Positions 29,848 through 40,394 of a stretch of DNA of 64,000 nucleotides are shown piece after piece. The position numbers and the translations under genes are program-made. Where the stretch lies: NCBI GenBank assembly GCA_011364925.1, contig RDOA01000013.1, forward strand, positions 16,205 through 80,204, given 5' to 3'. The first letter of the stretch is position 1, and every line of letters starts with the position of its first letter. This DNA is from Promethearchaeota archaeon (lineage in GTDB: Archaea > Asgardarchaeota > Lokiarchaeia > Sigyniarchaeales > SOKP01). Below the pieces are notes generated by a model that saw only the letters and a program-made list of their open reading frames with translations, made no database searches and was not told where the DNA came from.

Positions 29848-30855
29848 TTAGTCTTCAATCGTAATAAAGGTATAAAACAAAACGAAGATGTATAACATTG
29901 CTGAAATTAATAAACTCCATGATCGCAATATCAAAGAGAATTCACCCGCTAATATTACGTTTGAACCGATAAATACAGCTGCAATGAGATAACCTACAAA
30001 ATAACTTTTAAAATTACCATATTTAGATTTACCTCTAACCATATTAACGATAAATGTAAATACCACGATTATCAGACCCGCAGTGTAAATCAAGCTTATG
30101 ATCGGAAAATTGTAAAAATCTAAGAGAAAAAAGATGACAAAAAGGAATACTTCCAGAACTTTAACTTGAACAAAACTTTTTTTTTGCGATGTATCTGTAA
30201 AGAGTTGTTCGTATTCGCTTATCCCTGAATTCGAAAATAGTATTATCAATGAACCTATTGCTAATGCTGTAAATAAAGAATAGGAAATCATGTAAAGATA
30301 ATCAATTAACTTTAACCAAACATTATTCCATAGAAATAGGGGTAATTTTAAGAATTCGGGTATTATACTCACTGTGCAGAAAATGGGTACTATTGCTGCC
30401 ACCACCATTGCTATCTTAGTCAACAGCGATATTCGCGAGTCATCTTCCCAACTTTCTTTTTTAAAAGTTGTCAATCGCCACGCAAAAGAAGCAAAACTTA
30501 AAATAGAAATGAATGGTGTTATTAATGGAAATACGAAGATTAAGAGAATATATACCGCGTTAATGCCATAAAAGAATTTAAGCCTTGAAGGTACTACGCT
30601 AATTTTTTCATCAAACGAGTCCATGGTGTTAGCGAAGCGATTGGCAAATAAAATTAAAAAAAACAACCAAGAGACGCTAAATACCGTAGGGCAGAGAATC
30701 TTAATAATCCAAAAAGTTAAGACAGTATCTTCTGGTGAATACCATAAAGTAAAATCCACTAAAGAAAAGATTAAGAAGATGCTTACGGGTACTAATATAA
30801 TAGCAAGCAAGACAATTAAACGGGTAACTATAACGCCTTTAACTGTTTTTGACAT
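29848..30855 (-). CDS. Polytopic membrane protein
   Basis: About 9 hydrophobic segments. Confidence 0.8.
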   Translation of the reverse strand: MSKTVKGVIVTRLIVLLAIILVPVSIFLIFSLVDFTLWYSPEDTVLTFWIIKILCPTVFSVSWLFFLILFANRFANTMDSFDEKISVVPSRLKFFYGINAVYILLIFVFPLITPFISILSFASFAWRLTTFKKESWEDDSRISLLTKIAMVVAAIVPIFCTVSIIPEFLKLPLFLWNNVWLKLIDYLYMISYSLFTALAIGSLIILFSNSGISEYEQLFTDTSQKKSFVQVKVLEVFLFVIFFLLDFYNFPIISLIYTAGLIIVVFTFIVNMVRGKSKYGNFKSYFVGYLIAAVFIGSNVILAGEFSLILRSWSLLISAMLYIFVLFYTFITIED

Positions 30856-31021
30856 TAGTTTGTTTTGGCTATAGGTTATTAATAATTATATATATAATGA
30901 TGATAAGGTATTTTAAAATCTCTGTTTTATGACTATTTTTTTTTAGATATTAAAAAAAATTTATAGATCTATATTATAAAAGAAAAAATAAAGATGTATA
31001 ATCACAATTTTAATACTATTG

Positions 31022-31759
31022 TTATAACTTCATTCCACAATTAGTACAAAAATCATTACCTGGTACCAGTTTTGCTCCGCAATTAGTGCAATGGGCGCCA
31101 TCTAGCGTAGGTTCTTCATCGTATTCAATCTTAGATTTCCCTTTCTTGGATTTCAGCTTACCACCCTCTCCTGTCGGTTTATATTTCAAAGCTCCTATAA
31201 ATCCTCCAAACACTGCGCCTACTAGGCAACCTTCTAAAATCGCTGTAGAAACTGCTAACACGTACGGTAAATCCGTTAAACCGGTTACAGCACCGTTAAT
31301 TAATCCTCCCAAAAGAGGTCCAACCACTGGTATCATGGGGAGCACGAAATATAGCACAAGGGCTATAATTAAATATCCTATTCCAATTGCCAAACATGTG
31401 CGAATGCCTTTTCCAGGGCTTTTCGCATTGATAGCGCATATTGCTGAACAAGCTATTATCCACGGTAAGGTTACTGATAAAAGCAACATTACATCATCAG
31501 GGCGATACATCAAACACCAATGAATTGGGAACATTAGTACTAAGAGTAATCCCATAAAAGCTCCAATTAAGAACCCTAATACAGTTCCAATACCAGGTAA
31601 AAGTGTACCTAAACCTAGTAGTAATTCATTTATATCCTCTAATAAACCACCGGATACTCTTGATGGCAAATCAAATGGTTCAAACATCATAAGGAGGGAT
31701 GCAAAAAACAGAAAGATCATTCCAACGATTCCCGTCCACACTACTCTTCCAAAACCCAA
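31022..31759 (-). CDS. Membrane protein with C-terminal zinc ribbon
   Basis: Gly-rich TM helices; CTNCG...FCTNCG; GGAGG upstream of TTG start. Confidence 0.85.
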   Translation of the reverse strand: MGFGRVVWTGIVGMIFLFFASLLMMFEPFDLPSRVSGGLLEDINELLLGLGTLLPGIGTVLGFLIGAFMGLLLVLMFPIHWCLMYRPDDVMLLLSVTLPWIIACSAICAINAKSPGKGIRTCLAIGIGYLIIALVLYFVLPMIPVVGPLLGGLINGAVTGLTDLPYVLAVSTAILEGCLVGAVFGGFIGALKYKPTGEGGKLKSKKGKSKIEYDEEPTLDGAHCTNCGAKLVPGNDFCTNCGMKL

Positions 31760-32006
31760 AAGAAATATCCTCCAGTTCTAATTAATAAAATTTTAAACAT
31801 TAAAATTATACTTATCTTACTAATTCAGACATGATTCATATATTTAAAATTATGTTTTTAACAATTCTTTAGATTCTCTCTTTAATAACTACAATAAAAA
31901 ATGAGAGCGAGGAACGCTGTTTAAGGTTTTCTATGACTTCTATGTCTATAGCAATATAATTTCTTAGGATAATATAGAAATTTAAAGAAAAAAATTTGAA
32001 AAAAGA

Positions 32007-32702
32007 TTATTTTTGAATATTCGTAATTACTCCTTTATCCATTTTAATAATTTTACTAGCGTATGAAGATAAGGAACCTCTGTGGGTTACTACTATTATT
32101 GTTGTTTCCATATCCTTATTGATTTTCTTAAGAAGGTCCATAACTTGTTTTTCTGATTCAGGATCAAGATTTCCCGTTGGTTCATCGGCTAAAATTACTC
32201 TCGGACGATGGATGATAGCCCTTGCAAGACCACACCTTTGTTTTTCACCACCAGACATTTGCACTGGGTAATGATCTTTTCTTTCGAGTAAGTTCACATC
32301 TCTCAGTGCCGCTATTGCTCTGTTTTCTATCTCTTTTTCTCTTAGAACGGTCGGCCATAACAAAGCCTCTATGTTCTCAATAGCAGTCAAAGTTGGAATT
32401 AGATTAAAATCTTGAAATACGAATCCTATTTTTTGTCTTCTCAGCTTACTCAATCTCGCTTCTTGAGCTCTGGCAATATTTTCTCCGTCAAATATTATTT
32501 TCCCTGAATCTGGTAAGTCGATACCGCTAAGCACGTTAAGAAGGGTACTTTTTCCGCAACCTGTGGGACCTTGTACTAACACAAATTCTCCAGATTTAAT
32601 CGTTAGGTTAATATCACCTAACGCTCGAATAATAGCACCTGCTCTTCTGTATTCCTTATTTACATCGATAGCCTCAATCATAGTATCTTTATCTACTGGC
32701 AT
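32007..32702 (-). CDS. ABC transporter ATP-binding protein (LolD/MacB type)
   Basis: GPTGCGKST, GFVFQDFNL, MSGGEKQR, ADEPTGNLD, VTH. Confidence 0.95.
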   Translation of the reverse strand: MPVDKDTMIEAIDVNKEYRRAGAIIRALGDINLTIKSGEFVLVQGPTGCGKSTLLNVLSGIDLPDSGKIIFDGENIARAQEARLSKLRRQKIGFVFQDFNLIPTLTAIENIEALLWPTVLREKEIENRAIAALRDVNLLERKDHYPVQMSGGEKQRCGLARAIIHRPRVILADEPTGNLDPESEKQVMDLLKKINKDMETTIIVVTHRGSLSSYASKIIKMDKGVITNIQK

Positions 32703-32714
32703 ATTCTTCCCTTC

Positions 32715-33290
32715 TTATTCACCTACTCTTTTTAATGCAATAATTGGCCTGACTTTCAAAACTTTTCTATTTGCTAAAAGAATCGCAATAATTTGAAAGG
32801 TTAGAAAAATTAAAAAAGTCGCAAAAACCGGCAAAAGGCTGACTAAAGGTAATATCAACGGAGAGATCATATAACCGGGGTTGAGTTCAGCAGTTGCAGC
32901 TTCAAGATAACCCACAATAGCTGCGTAATGGAATAGAACTTCAATCACTATTATAAAACCAATTATAGTTGTGAACAAAATGAATCCAGAGATTAAGGAG
33001 TTAAGGTCTCTATTCGTCCATCCGATGCATTTCAATGTTGCAATTGTTTTAGAATTGCGTCTAACTATTATCCAAGAATATAATAATGACAAAAATATAC
33101 CCACACCTAGAGCAATAAAAAAACTAGTGCTCGCAATACCAGAACCCGGTTGAGCCAAAACTAACTTAATTGAATAACTCGTCCAAAATATCAATATAGT
33201 GTACATTAAACAAAATACAGTAAATTGCTTTTTCTCCCGTAATACCATTAAAATTGATTTCTTAAACAATCTAAAAGCCACAAAATTCAC
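32715..33290 (-). CDS. FtsX-like ABC permease (short)
   Basis: RRNSKTIATLKCIGWT coupling helix, 4 TMs, C-terminal RPIIALK. Confidence 0.8.
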   Translation of the reverse strand: MNFVAFRLFKKSILMVLREKKQFTVFCLMYTILIFWTSYSIKLVLAQPGSGIASTSFFIALGVGIFLSLLYSWIIVRRNSKTIATLKCIGWTNRDLNSLISGFILFTTIIGFIIVIEVLFHYAAIVGYLEAATAELNPGYMISPLILPLVSLLPVFATFLIFLTFQIIAILLANRKVLKVRPIIALKRVGE

Positions 33291-33369
33291 CGTTTAATAA
33301 AAATTAATTTTTTAAATAAATTCTTTTATAAGAAGATATAATAAAATCAGAATAAAAATTTTAGTAATA

Positions 33370-33774
33370 ATGTCAGCAGAAATTGAAGCTATTATTGATG
33401 AGTTGCTCTCTGAAGAACAAAATGTTTTTGGAGTTGCGATTATTAACAAATCTGGTTCTCTTCTTACACAAACTCAGAACTGGAACCTTAGCAACGATTT
33501 AGACCAGATTAACAAATTACTTAATACTCAGCTCGCTCTAGGGCAAAAAGGTATGTCAAGCATAACAATTCAAGGAATTAAATTCATGATGGTTGAAAAT
33601 ACTGAAGAAAGAAAGATTGGCACGAATATTACGGGTAAAGGGCACATTATTATTGCCCCGATTCCTATAGGCGGTACTGGTGCGTTAGTTTGCTACATTA
33701 ACCCCCAAGTCGGTCCCCGAGACGCTCTGTTTACCGTTCAATCTTACGCTTTAAAATTACAAAACTTAGTTTAA
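33370..33774 (+). CDS. Asgard (Loki-type) profilin
   Basis: QTQNW, IQGIKFMMVENTEERKIGTNITGKGHI, PIPIGG.GAL, GPRD match my recollection of characterised Loki profilins. Confidence 0.92.
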   Translation: MSAEIEAIIDELLSEEQNVFGVAIINKSGSLLTQTQNWNLSNDLDQINKLLNTQLALGQKGMSSITIQGIKFMMVENTEERKIGTNITGKGHIIIAPIPIGGTGALVCYINPQVGPRDALFTVQSYALKLQNLV

Positions 33775-33897
33775 ATTTTTCTCCTTTTTTTAAATTGAAT
33801 TAGTTAGTATCTTCATTAGCCTTTTAAAAATAAGATTTAAATAACAAAATATAATCCATAAATTAATAAAAATTTATTTCATAAAAGAGGGATTGAA

Positions 33898-34266
33898 ATG
33901 CTAAATCAGTTGACCGTTATAGGGTTTTTAATAACTTATTTACCAACTATAGCGTTTCTTACATTCGATATAATCATATTAGTCTTTGGAATTCTTATAT
34001 TCAAAAAAAATTCTTATAGATACGGAATTCTTCTTATGTTTTCCTCCATTCTATCAATAGTCTACTATATACTCTACTTTTCTATTCAATATCCAGTGTT
34101 AATTTATCTGTTAGTTGACGATTTAGGCTTATCTTATAGTCTTGCTAGCATGATAATGATGATTTGGGGCGTTGTATTTACGATTTTAAACCTAACCAGT
34201 GCATTACTACTAGTCATTTCAGTTTATCTGATATACAAAACTCATAAAGTAGAAAGAAGTAGTTAA
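33898..34266 (+). CDS. Small membrane protein
   Basis: Three hydrophobic helices. Confidence 0.7.
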   Translation: MLNQLTVIGFLITYLPTIAFLTFDIIILVFGILIFKKNSYRYGILLMFSSILSIVYYILYFSIQYPVLIYLLVDDLGLSYSLASMIMMIWGVVFTILNLTSALLLVISVYLIYKTHKVERSS

Positions 34267-34323
34267 AATCAATAACTTCAACAAAATTAAAAAAAATTTT
34301 TATTTTATTCTTTAATCAAATCG

Positions 34324-35421
34324 TTAAAAGCTTCCCCAATAAGGATTTAATAAGCTCTTAAGGATTGTCTTTATTTTTTCTAACTCGTTGCGCTTAGAAT
34401 CATTTAGAAATGACAGATTGTCCTCAAATTCGGGAGGATCATAGCGTTCATTTAGTAAAGCCTTAATTATAGCTTCGATACAATAAGGTAAGCCAATTAT
34501 ATCGTATCCTCCTTCTAAAATAAATGCAATTTTACCTTCACATAGGTTTTCAGCAATTCTCATAATCTTCTTTGCAAATTGGAAGTAAGTAATACTAGTT
34601 AACAAGCAATTACCGATAGGATCAGCATAATACATGTCAAATCCAGCAGCAACAATGATTAATGCGGGTTTGAATTTTTTAAGAATGGGATCGATTAATT
34701 CTAGACAATATAAAAAATCATCATTTGTAATTCCTTCTGGCACTGGAAAATTAATATTTTTTCCAATCCCTTCATCAATTCCAAGTTCATTCATCAAACC
34801 TAAATCTCCTTCAGTGAAATCGAACTCGTGGATAGAAAAGTAAAGAACGGTTGGATCATCGTAGAAATATTGAGCTAAACCATCACCAAAGTGGTTATCA
34901 ATGTCAATTATTGCTATATTTTCGTGAAAATCCAATTTTTCTCTTAAATAAAGAATGGAGTTAGCAATATTATTGAATATACAAAGACCAGAAGCTTTTT
35001 CTCTAATCGCGTGGTGCCCTGGAGGTCTAATCAAAGCAAGCGATTGTGAGTACTTATTCCCTATAACACCCTCAATAGCTTCTATAGCGCCACCGATTGC
35101 TTTTTTTGCAAGATTGAAGGTGTCTTCCGTGAGAAATACCTCGTCATCGAGTAAACCACCACCCATTTTAGAAATTCGCTTAATCGTTTCGATATGGTAT
35201 TTAGAATGAGCTAATTCTAAAGTTGCCTCTAAAATTTCTTTAGGTTTTACATTAACAATACGCTTATGAGAGAAAATTTGAATCCTTTCAAGGTGATTTA
35301 GAATCGCTTTTATCCTCAGAGGATTTTCAAAGGAGATAAAAGATGGTTTTGGATACGGAGGGATATGTCCAGATGTGAAATCATCGTCCACGATTATTCC
35401 GATTGGTTTTTCTACTATCAT
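34324..35421 (-). CDS. Histone deacetylase family protein
   Basis: E.P.RI, RPPGHHA, GLCIFNN, DIDNHFGDG, AGFD, LEGGY. Confidence 0.95.
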   Translation of the reverse strand: MIVEKPIGIIVDDDFTSGHIPPYPKPSFISFENPLRIKAILNHLERIQIFSHKRIVNVKPKEILEATLELAHSKYHIETIKRISKMGGGLLDDEVFLTEDTFNLAKKAIGGAIEAIEGVIGNKYSQSLALIRPPGHHAIREKASGLCIFNNIANSILYLREKLDFHENIAIIDIDNHFGDGLAQYFYDDPTVLYFSIHEFDFTEGDLGLMNELGIDEGIGKNINFPVPEGITNDDFLYCLELIDPILKKFKPALIIVAAGFDMYYADPIGNCLLTSITYFQFAKKIMRIAENLCEGKIAFILEGGYDIIGLPYCIEAIIKALLNERYDPPEFEDNLSFLNDSKRNELEKIKTILKSLLNPYWGSF

Positions 35422-35511
35422 ATCAAAAATTACACCATTAGAATAACTAGCTTCTTATAGTTATATTTGCATACTAATATTAAAAAATAATATCAATTTA
35501 CCCAAAAAGGT

Positions 35512-37743
35512 TTGAGTTTTGAAATGGATGTTATTGAAATTGTAGCATTATATTTACTAAACGCTCTCCCTATTATTTTATTAGGAATACCCTATTTTTT
35601 CATAAGAAAAAAACTTGCTGGAAAGATCTACTTAAGAGTAATGCTAGGAGTTATGGTGTTTTATGTTGTCTATTGGATCTTGCCAATAATATTTCAACTG
35701 GGAAGCACTCCAATAGAATTAGAAATACAAGCTGGAGACGATATTGGATTAGGAATTGGTTACATTGTCGCTCATATTGGCTCGCTTCTCTCACTCTTTG
35801 CGTATTATCCACTCGTAACTCTACCATTTATCTTCTTTGTAGCACCTTTTATCGCTATCATTTATGTGCGAAATCGGCTTAGAAAAGAAATAGGGACTAA
35901 AAGCGAAAAATTGAAGAGTTTAACTTATCATGTCGTTGATAGCCCCTACAAGCGCGTTAGGACCGATTTATTCAAAAATGATTGGTCTCGAGAAAAAGAC
36001 ATTATGAAATTGCTCATCGTGTTGTTGCCAATATCTCTCTACTTATTACAGGTAATCCTGAAGATACTTCAAATCAAATCAGTATCAATTACAACCGGAG
36101 AAACTGCCTTAGGATGGTTTATCGAAATCTTATTTGTTTACCTTGCGACGTTCATCTTTAGTTTGGAACTTCTTTTTAGCTCGCAAATCGCACTCAGAGG
36201 AAGGTATTTTGGAGAAAATATCAGACAACAGACGTACAAAAGTCTATACACAGTTGGGGCACCAATTTCAATCTTATCTATCATATTATTTCTTGTCGAG
36301 GATATTGGCTCTTTCAATTTAATCCTTTATTTCTTTGCTTATTTTATTATGGCTTCAATTATATTCGTGTTGTTTCTTAAAATTTTTGAACCAATTTCTT
36401 TGTTAATATTTATCAAAATTATTGATTGGTGGAAAAATAAGAAAGAAAAAAGGAAGAAAATGAATAGATCTAACATCTATTACGGAATTGTGTTTGCATG
36501 TTTGGCGGTTTTCGTATTTTTCATCATTAATAACTTCGTTTTTGGTCTAACTATCCAATCAATCTTTGCTGATCCTAATAGCATTACTAACTCAGCTAAT
36601 TTTGCTGTGAGTGGAACAGTCTATTTATACGAAAGTCTTGGATTTGACCTTTTAAACATTTTAAGTTTTGTAGCTTTAGTGGTCGTATCTTTGTTCGTAG
36701 CTGTGCTTTTCTTAAACTTTAGCTTGAAATACATGAAAAGTACATTTCTAAGTATTACAACATACATGCCTATCCTAATCGTCTTGTCGGTAGTGTTTGT
36801 AACAATAGGTATAAACGCAATAATAAATTTTTCCCCTGAAATTTATTGGATTACAGGACAAACGAGTTTTACTCCTATTTTTGGTTTTAATTTTTACACA
36901 TTAAGGACTGCTGCATTCGATGCTGAGTTAACAGGAGTTTTATATATTCTAGCGATTCCTTATCAAACTACACAATATATTTTTAATATAATATTCTGGA
37001 GCTTAGTTATATTCTACATGAAAAAGAACTTCAAAGCCAAAAATATACCTATTGATGAAAAACACTTAGAAAAGGTCATTTTTTCTTCCGTCCCAGAATT
37101 CCCATCTTACGATGAATATGCGAAAATCAAAACGCGTTATTTAATCATACGAAGCGAGGATATAGATTTAAAGGACTTCGAACAAGAACGAGAAGAAGTG
37201 AAGGCCCTGGTAAAAGAATTAGAAACAGAGCAAATGCTAGATAAATTAAAACCAGATGAAGAAAAGGAAATGCAAAGATTTTACTTTACTCTTAAATACT
37301 TGTACAATAACGGCTTGATCGATGTTTTAAAACAAGAATTTAGCTATATTTTCGAAAAAGCAGAAAAACAAGGATTATACATCATATACGACGATGGTCG
37401 AGGCATTTTTGATTACAACTTTTCTAAAGAATTTCAACACGATCCTGGAATCATATCTGGTATGTTTTCAGCAATTACTTCTTTCATAAAAGAAACTACC
37501 AAATCTCAAGAACTCCTAAAAACCATAGACCACGGAGATATAACTATTCTTATAGAGTACGGAAAACGCATTTTTGGTGCGTTATTTATTAAAGGTAAAC
37601 AGACTTCTGAGGTTCGATCTTCCTTAAAAGAACTTGTTACCAGATTTGAAGCTAAATATGAAGATGTTTTAGCTGATTGGAGCGGTGCTCTCATATATTT
37701 TAAAGAAGACAACAAGTTAGTTGAAAGTATATTTAAAGATTAA
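35512..37743 (+). CDS. Polytopic membrane protein with C-terminal longin/roadblock-like domain
   Basis: About 10 TM segments, then GLYIIYDDGR...DPGIISGMFSAITSFIKE...IDHGD...IEYG...FEAKY..VL.DWSG. Confidence 0.8.
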   Translation: MSFEMDVIEIVALYLLNALPIILLGIPYFFIRKKLAGKIYLRVMLGVMVFYVVYWILPIIFQLGSTPIELEIQAGDDIGLGIGYIVAHIGSLLSLFAYYPLVTLPFIFFVAPFIAIIYVRNRLRKEIGTKSEKLKSLTYHVVDSPYKRVRTDLFKNDWSREKDIMKLLIVLLPISLYLLQVILKILQIKSVSITTGETALGWFIEILFVYLATFIFSLELLFSSQIALRGRYFGENIRQQTYKSLYTVGAPISILSIILFLVEDIGSFNLILYFFAYFIMASIIFVLFLKIFEPISLLIFIKIIDWWKNKKEKRKKMNRSNIYYGIVFACLAVFVFFIINNFVFGLTIQSIFADPNSITNSANFAVSGTVYLYESLGFDLLNILSFVALVVVSLFVAVLFLNFSLKYMKSTFLSITTYMPILIVLSVVFVTIGINAIINFSPEIYWITGQTSFTPIFGFNFYTLRTAAFDAELTGVLYILAIPYQTTQYIFNIIFWSLVIFYMKKNFKAKNIPIDEKHLEKVIFSSVPEFPSYDEYAKIKTRYLIIRSEDIDLKDFEQEREEVKALVKELETEQMLDKLKPDEEKEMQRFYFTLKYLYNNGLIDVLKQEFSYIFEKAEKQGLYIIYDDGRGIFDYNFSKEFQHDPGIISGMFSAITSFIKETTKSQELLKTIDHGDITILIEYGKRIFGALFIKGKQTSEVRSSLKELVTRFEAKYEDVLADWSGALIYFKEDNKLVESIFKD

Positions 37744-37800
37744 TTCAATTTTTTCTTTTTTCTTTTCTCTCAACATTCCCTAAGAAGGAGTAAATTTATT

Positions 37801-38397
37801 CTACTTTTTTCTTTCTTTATCCTTTTGAATCGCTTCCATTAAGCGTTTAACCTCGTAAGAATCAGGATATCTCTCAAAGATTTTTTCACAGCACTCAATT
37901 CCTAAATCATATTCTCCAAGTTCTTTATATGCAATCCCTAAATTGTACCAAGTTTCATATTTATCGGGTTTTATTTCCAGAGCTTTCTTCCAACATTCAA
38001 TAGCCTGTTCTATATCTCCCTTTCCATTATACGCATTAGCCATATTATTCCACACTTCGTGGTCATTTGGAGCCAGTTCCACCGCTTTTTTGTAACTTTC
38101 AATTGCATTATCGTATTCCTTAAATTCTCTATAAGCGTTGCCCATGTTGTACAACACATCAACATCGTTTGGTTTAAGCTCCAATGCTTTCTTCCAACAA
38201 TCAATTGCTTTTTCAAGATTACCCTTCCCTAGGTGATAAACATTTCCCAAATTATACCACCCTTCAAAGTGGTTAGGGTTCAACTCCACTGTTTTTGTCC
38301 AACATTCAATTGCTCCATCAGCGTCACCCTCTTGACCGTAGTCTAAGCCCTTTTGATAAAATTCTTCTGCTTTCTTTGTTGTCTCTTTATCAACCAT
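37801..38397 (-). CDS. TPR-repeat protein
   Basis: About five TPRs (WYNLG..Y...G....AIECWKKALE.KP). Confidence 0.92.
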   Translation of the reverse strand: MVDKETTKKAEEFYQKGLDYGQEGDADGAIECWTKTVELNPNHFEGWYNLGNVYHLGKGNLEKAIDCWKKALELKPNDVDVLYNMGNAYREFKEYDNAIESYKKAVELAPNDHEVWNNMANAYNGKGDIEQAIECWKKALEIKPDKYETWYNLGIAYKELGEYDLGIECCEKIFERYPDSYEVKRLMEAIQKDKERKK

Positions 38398-38529
38398 TCT
38401 TTTCGAACTTCATCTAATATTCCTAATAATTAATTATAGGTATTGATATTAGGACTTATAAAGGTTACATGAAAAAAATAAAGGAATCTCTATTGTCAGA
38501 ACTTTTAGATTTGCAAATTTTCAGATTTT

Positions 38530-38829
38530 CTAATCCTGAGATTTTCGTTCTTCTCTCTTTTTCGAAAGGACTATTTTATAATAATTGAGGAAAGAAACTA
38601 CAATTAAACCTACACCAAAAAAAGCTAAGAGCATTAAGCCATTAAAAGATAAAAAGACCACGCTTTCACCACGATCGATCACTGACAAATCCGATCCTAC
38701 TCCGTATCGTAAATAGTTGTAAAAACTGTTCCAAGCCAATATTGCCCACATTAAAATTGGTAATGAAATAGCACTCATTATTATCCCTATCCCGCCTATT
38801 TTCCAATCAAAATCAGTCCAAAAACTCAT
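38530..38829 (-). CDS. Small membrane protein
   Basis: Two TM helices and a basic tail. Confidence 0.65.
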   Translation of the reverse strand: MSFWTDFDWKIGGIGIIMSAISLPILMWAILAWNSFYNYLRYGVGSDLSVIDRGESVVFLSFNGLMLLAFFGVGLIVVSFLNYYKIVLSKKREERKSQD

Positions 38830-38898
38830 CCGATTTCATCTTTTCAGCGATTCAAATTCTATTAGTTTATAGAAGATAAGAAGGAAAAAAAAATATTT

Positions 38899-39786
38899 CT
38901 AAATATATGCTTTATCAGTATTTTTAACTATTGCTCCTACGACCTGAGGCCAAGTCTCACGAGGTAAACTATGGCCCATGCCCTCAATGATTAACAATTC
39001 TGCTTCAGGAATTGAAGCTGCTGTTTCCTTGCCACCTTCAACCGGAACTAAAGGATCATCACCTCCATGAATTACAAGCGTAGGAACTTTTATCGAGCTA
39101 AGTTTCGGCACGCGGTTTTCAGCACCTAATATTGCAAACAATTGACGCGACATACCTTGTGGATAAAATGAGCGGTCATACAAAGTAGCCGCTTGCTCCC
39201 GAAATTCTTCTTCAGGATAAGGAAAACCTGACCCATAAAGAATTCGCCAACGTTTTACTGATTCTTCAATATATGCATTACGTTCGGTTGGTGCAGGTTT
39301 TAATAGAGTCTGCATAGCTTCTGGCCTAGCTTGAGGCAGGTTAGGATTTCCAGTTGTACTCATAATTGAAGTTAAACTCAGAACACGGTCTGGATGGCGA
39401 AACGCAATTATTTGAACAATCATACCCCCCATTGACGCACCACAAATATGAGCCTTCTCTATATTTAGGGCATCTAAGAGACCAACTGCATCATCAGCCA
39501 TATCCTCTACTGTGTATGGAGGGAATATTGGGTTTCCTCGCATGCGTGCCATATATTCTTTCATAATATCTGGTACACCAACCTCCTCGAATTTAGTAGA
39601 TAAGCCTATATCTCGATTATCAAATCGAATAACGTAAAATCCCCTATCTACAAACATCTTACAAAGACCCTCGTGCCACCTAAGCATTTGAGCTCCTAAA
39701 CCCATTACCAAAAGTAAGGGTTTTGCTGAGGGATCCCCGAATGTATCATACTCTAATTCAATATTGTTAGCTTTCGCTTTTGGCAT
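38899..39786 (-). CDS. Alpha/beta hydrolase
   Basis: FDNRDIGLS, GASMGG nucleophile, HG..DPLVP, GMGH. Confidence 0.95.
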   Translation of the reverse strand: MPKAKANNIELEYDTFGDPSAKPLLLVMGLGAQMLRWHEGLCKMFVDRGFYVIRFDNRDIGLSTKFEEVGVPDIMKEYMARMRGNPIFPPYTVEDMADDAVGLLDALNIEKAHICGASMGGMIVQIIAFRHPDRVLSLTSIMSTTGNPNLPQARPEAMQTLLKPAPTERNAYIEESVKRWRILYGSGFPYPEEEFREQAATLYDRSFYPQGMSRQLFAILGAENRVPKLSSIKVPTLVIHGGDDPLVPVEGGKETAASIPEAELLIIEGMGHSLPRETWPQVVGAIVKNTDKAYI

Positions 39787-39965
39787 TAATATTACCTTTA
39801 TCGATTTTATTCTTATAATAAATTATATATAGATCAGTATTGCTTTCATCATTTTTAACAATTATTTTCTAAAAATTTTCTTCAGAAGAATGACTTCTGA
39901 GAAGAATAGAATTTAAAAAGAAGTTGAATAGATGAAATATGTTTTTGAATGTAATAATCAATAAC

Positions 39966-40076
39966 CTATTTCATACTTTCTTCGCAACAAAACTTAAGAT
40001 ACTGAAGTTCGTGTGAATTGAACTTTGATCGTGCTTTTAAAGCTTTAAATTCTGATTTTTCCATAAGATTTGCCAT
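39966..40076 (-). CDS. Putative small protein (36 aa)
   Basis: MANLMEKSEFKALKARSKFNSHELQYLKFCCEESMK with GGAGG at 40077-40081; below the ORF-track cutoff. Confidence 0.3.
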   Translation of the reverse strand: MANLMEKSEFKALKARSKFNSHELQYLKFCCEESMK

Positions 40077-40394
40077 CCTCCATTTATTTTTTTTTCATAT
40101 TTCTTTGTCCTTAATTAAATTAGGAGTAGAATACATATTTAGTTATCAAAACTAAACTAATAATGAACTCTTAAACAATTAGTAAAGTAAATTAAAAACA
40201 ACCAAAATTGTTAGTAATTCAGAAAAATAGAAAGAAAAAAAAAATAACCAGAAGAGGAATTCATTTTTTCATTTTTGCTCAAACTTCTTAAATAGAAGCT
40301 CCTTCTTTCCGCAACAGTTCAAAAAGCTCCTCTTTTAAGCTCAGAAATGATGGAATGTTCCAAGATGCTATTTCTGGGTAAAAGGAAATAAAAT

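Noticed and set aside
39880-39930. AUGA...GA hairpin resembling a eukaryote-type SECIS
   Set aside because: Core register does not fit and there is no plus-strand UGA-containing ORF upstream; only a short inverted repeat (tcagaag/cttctga) is supported.
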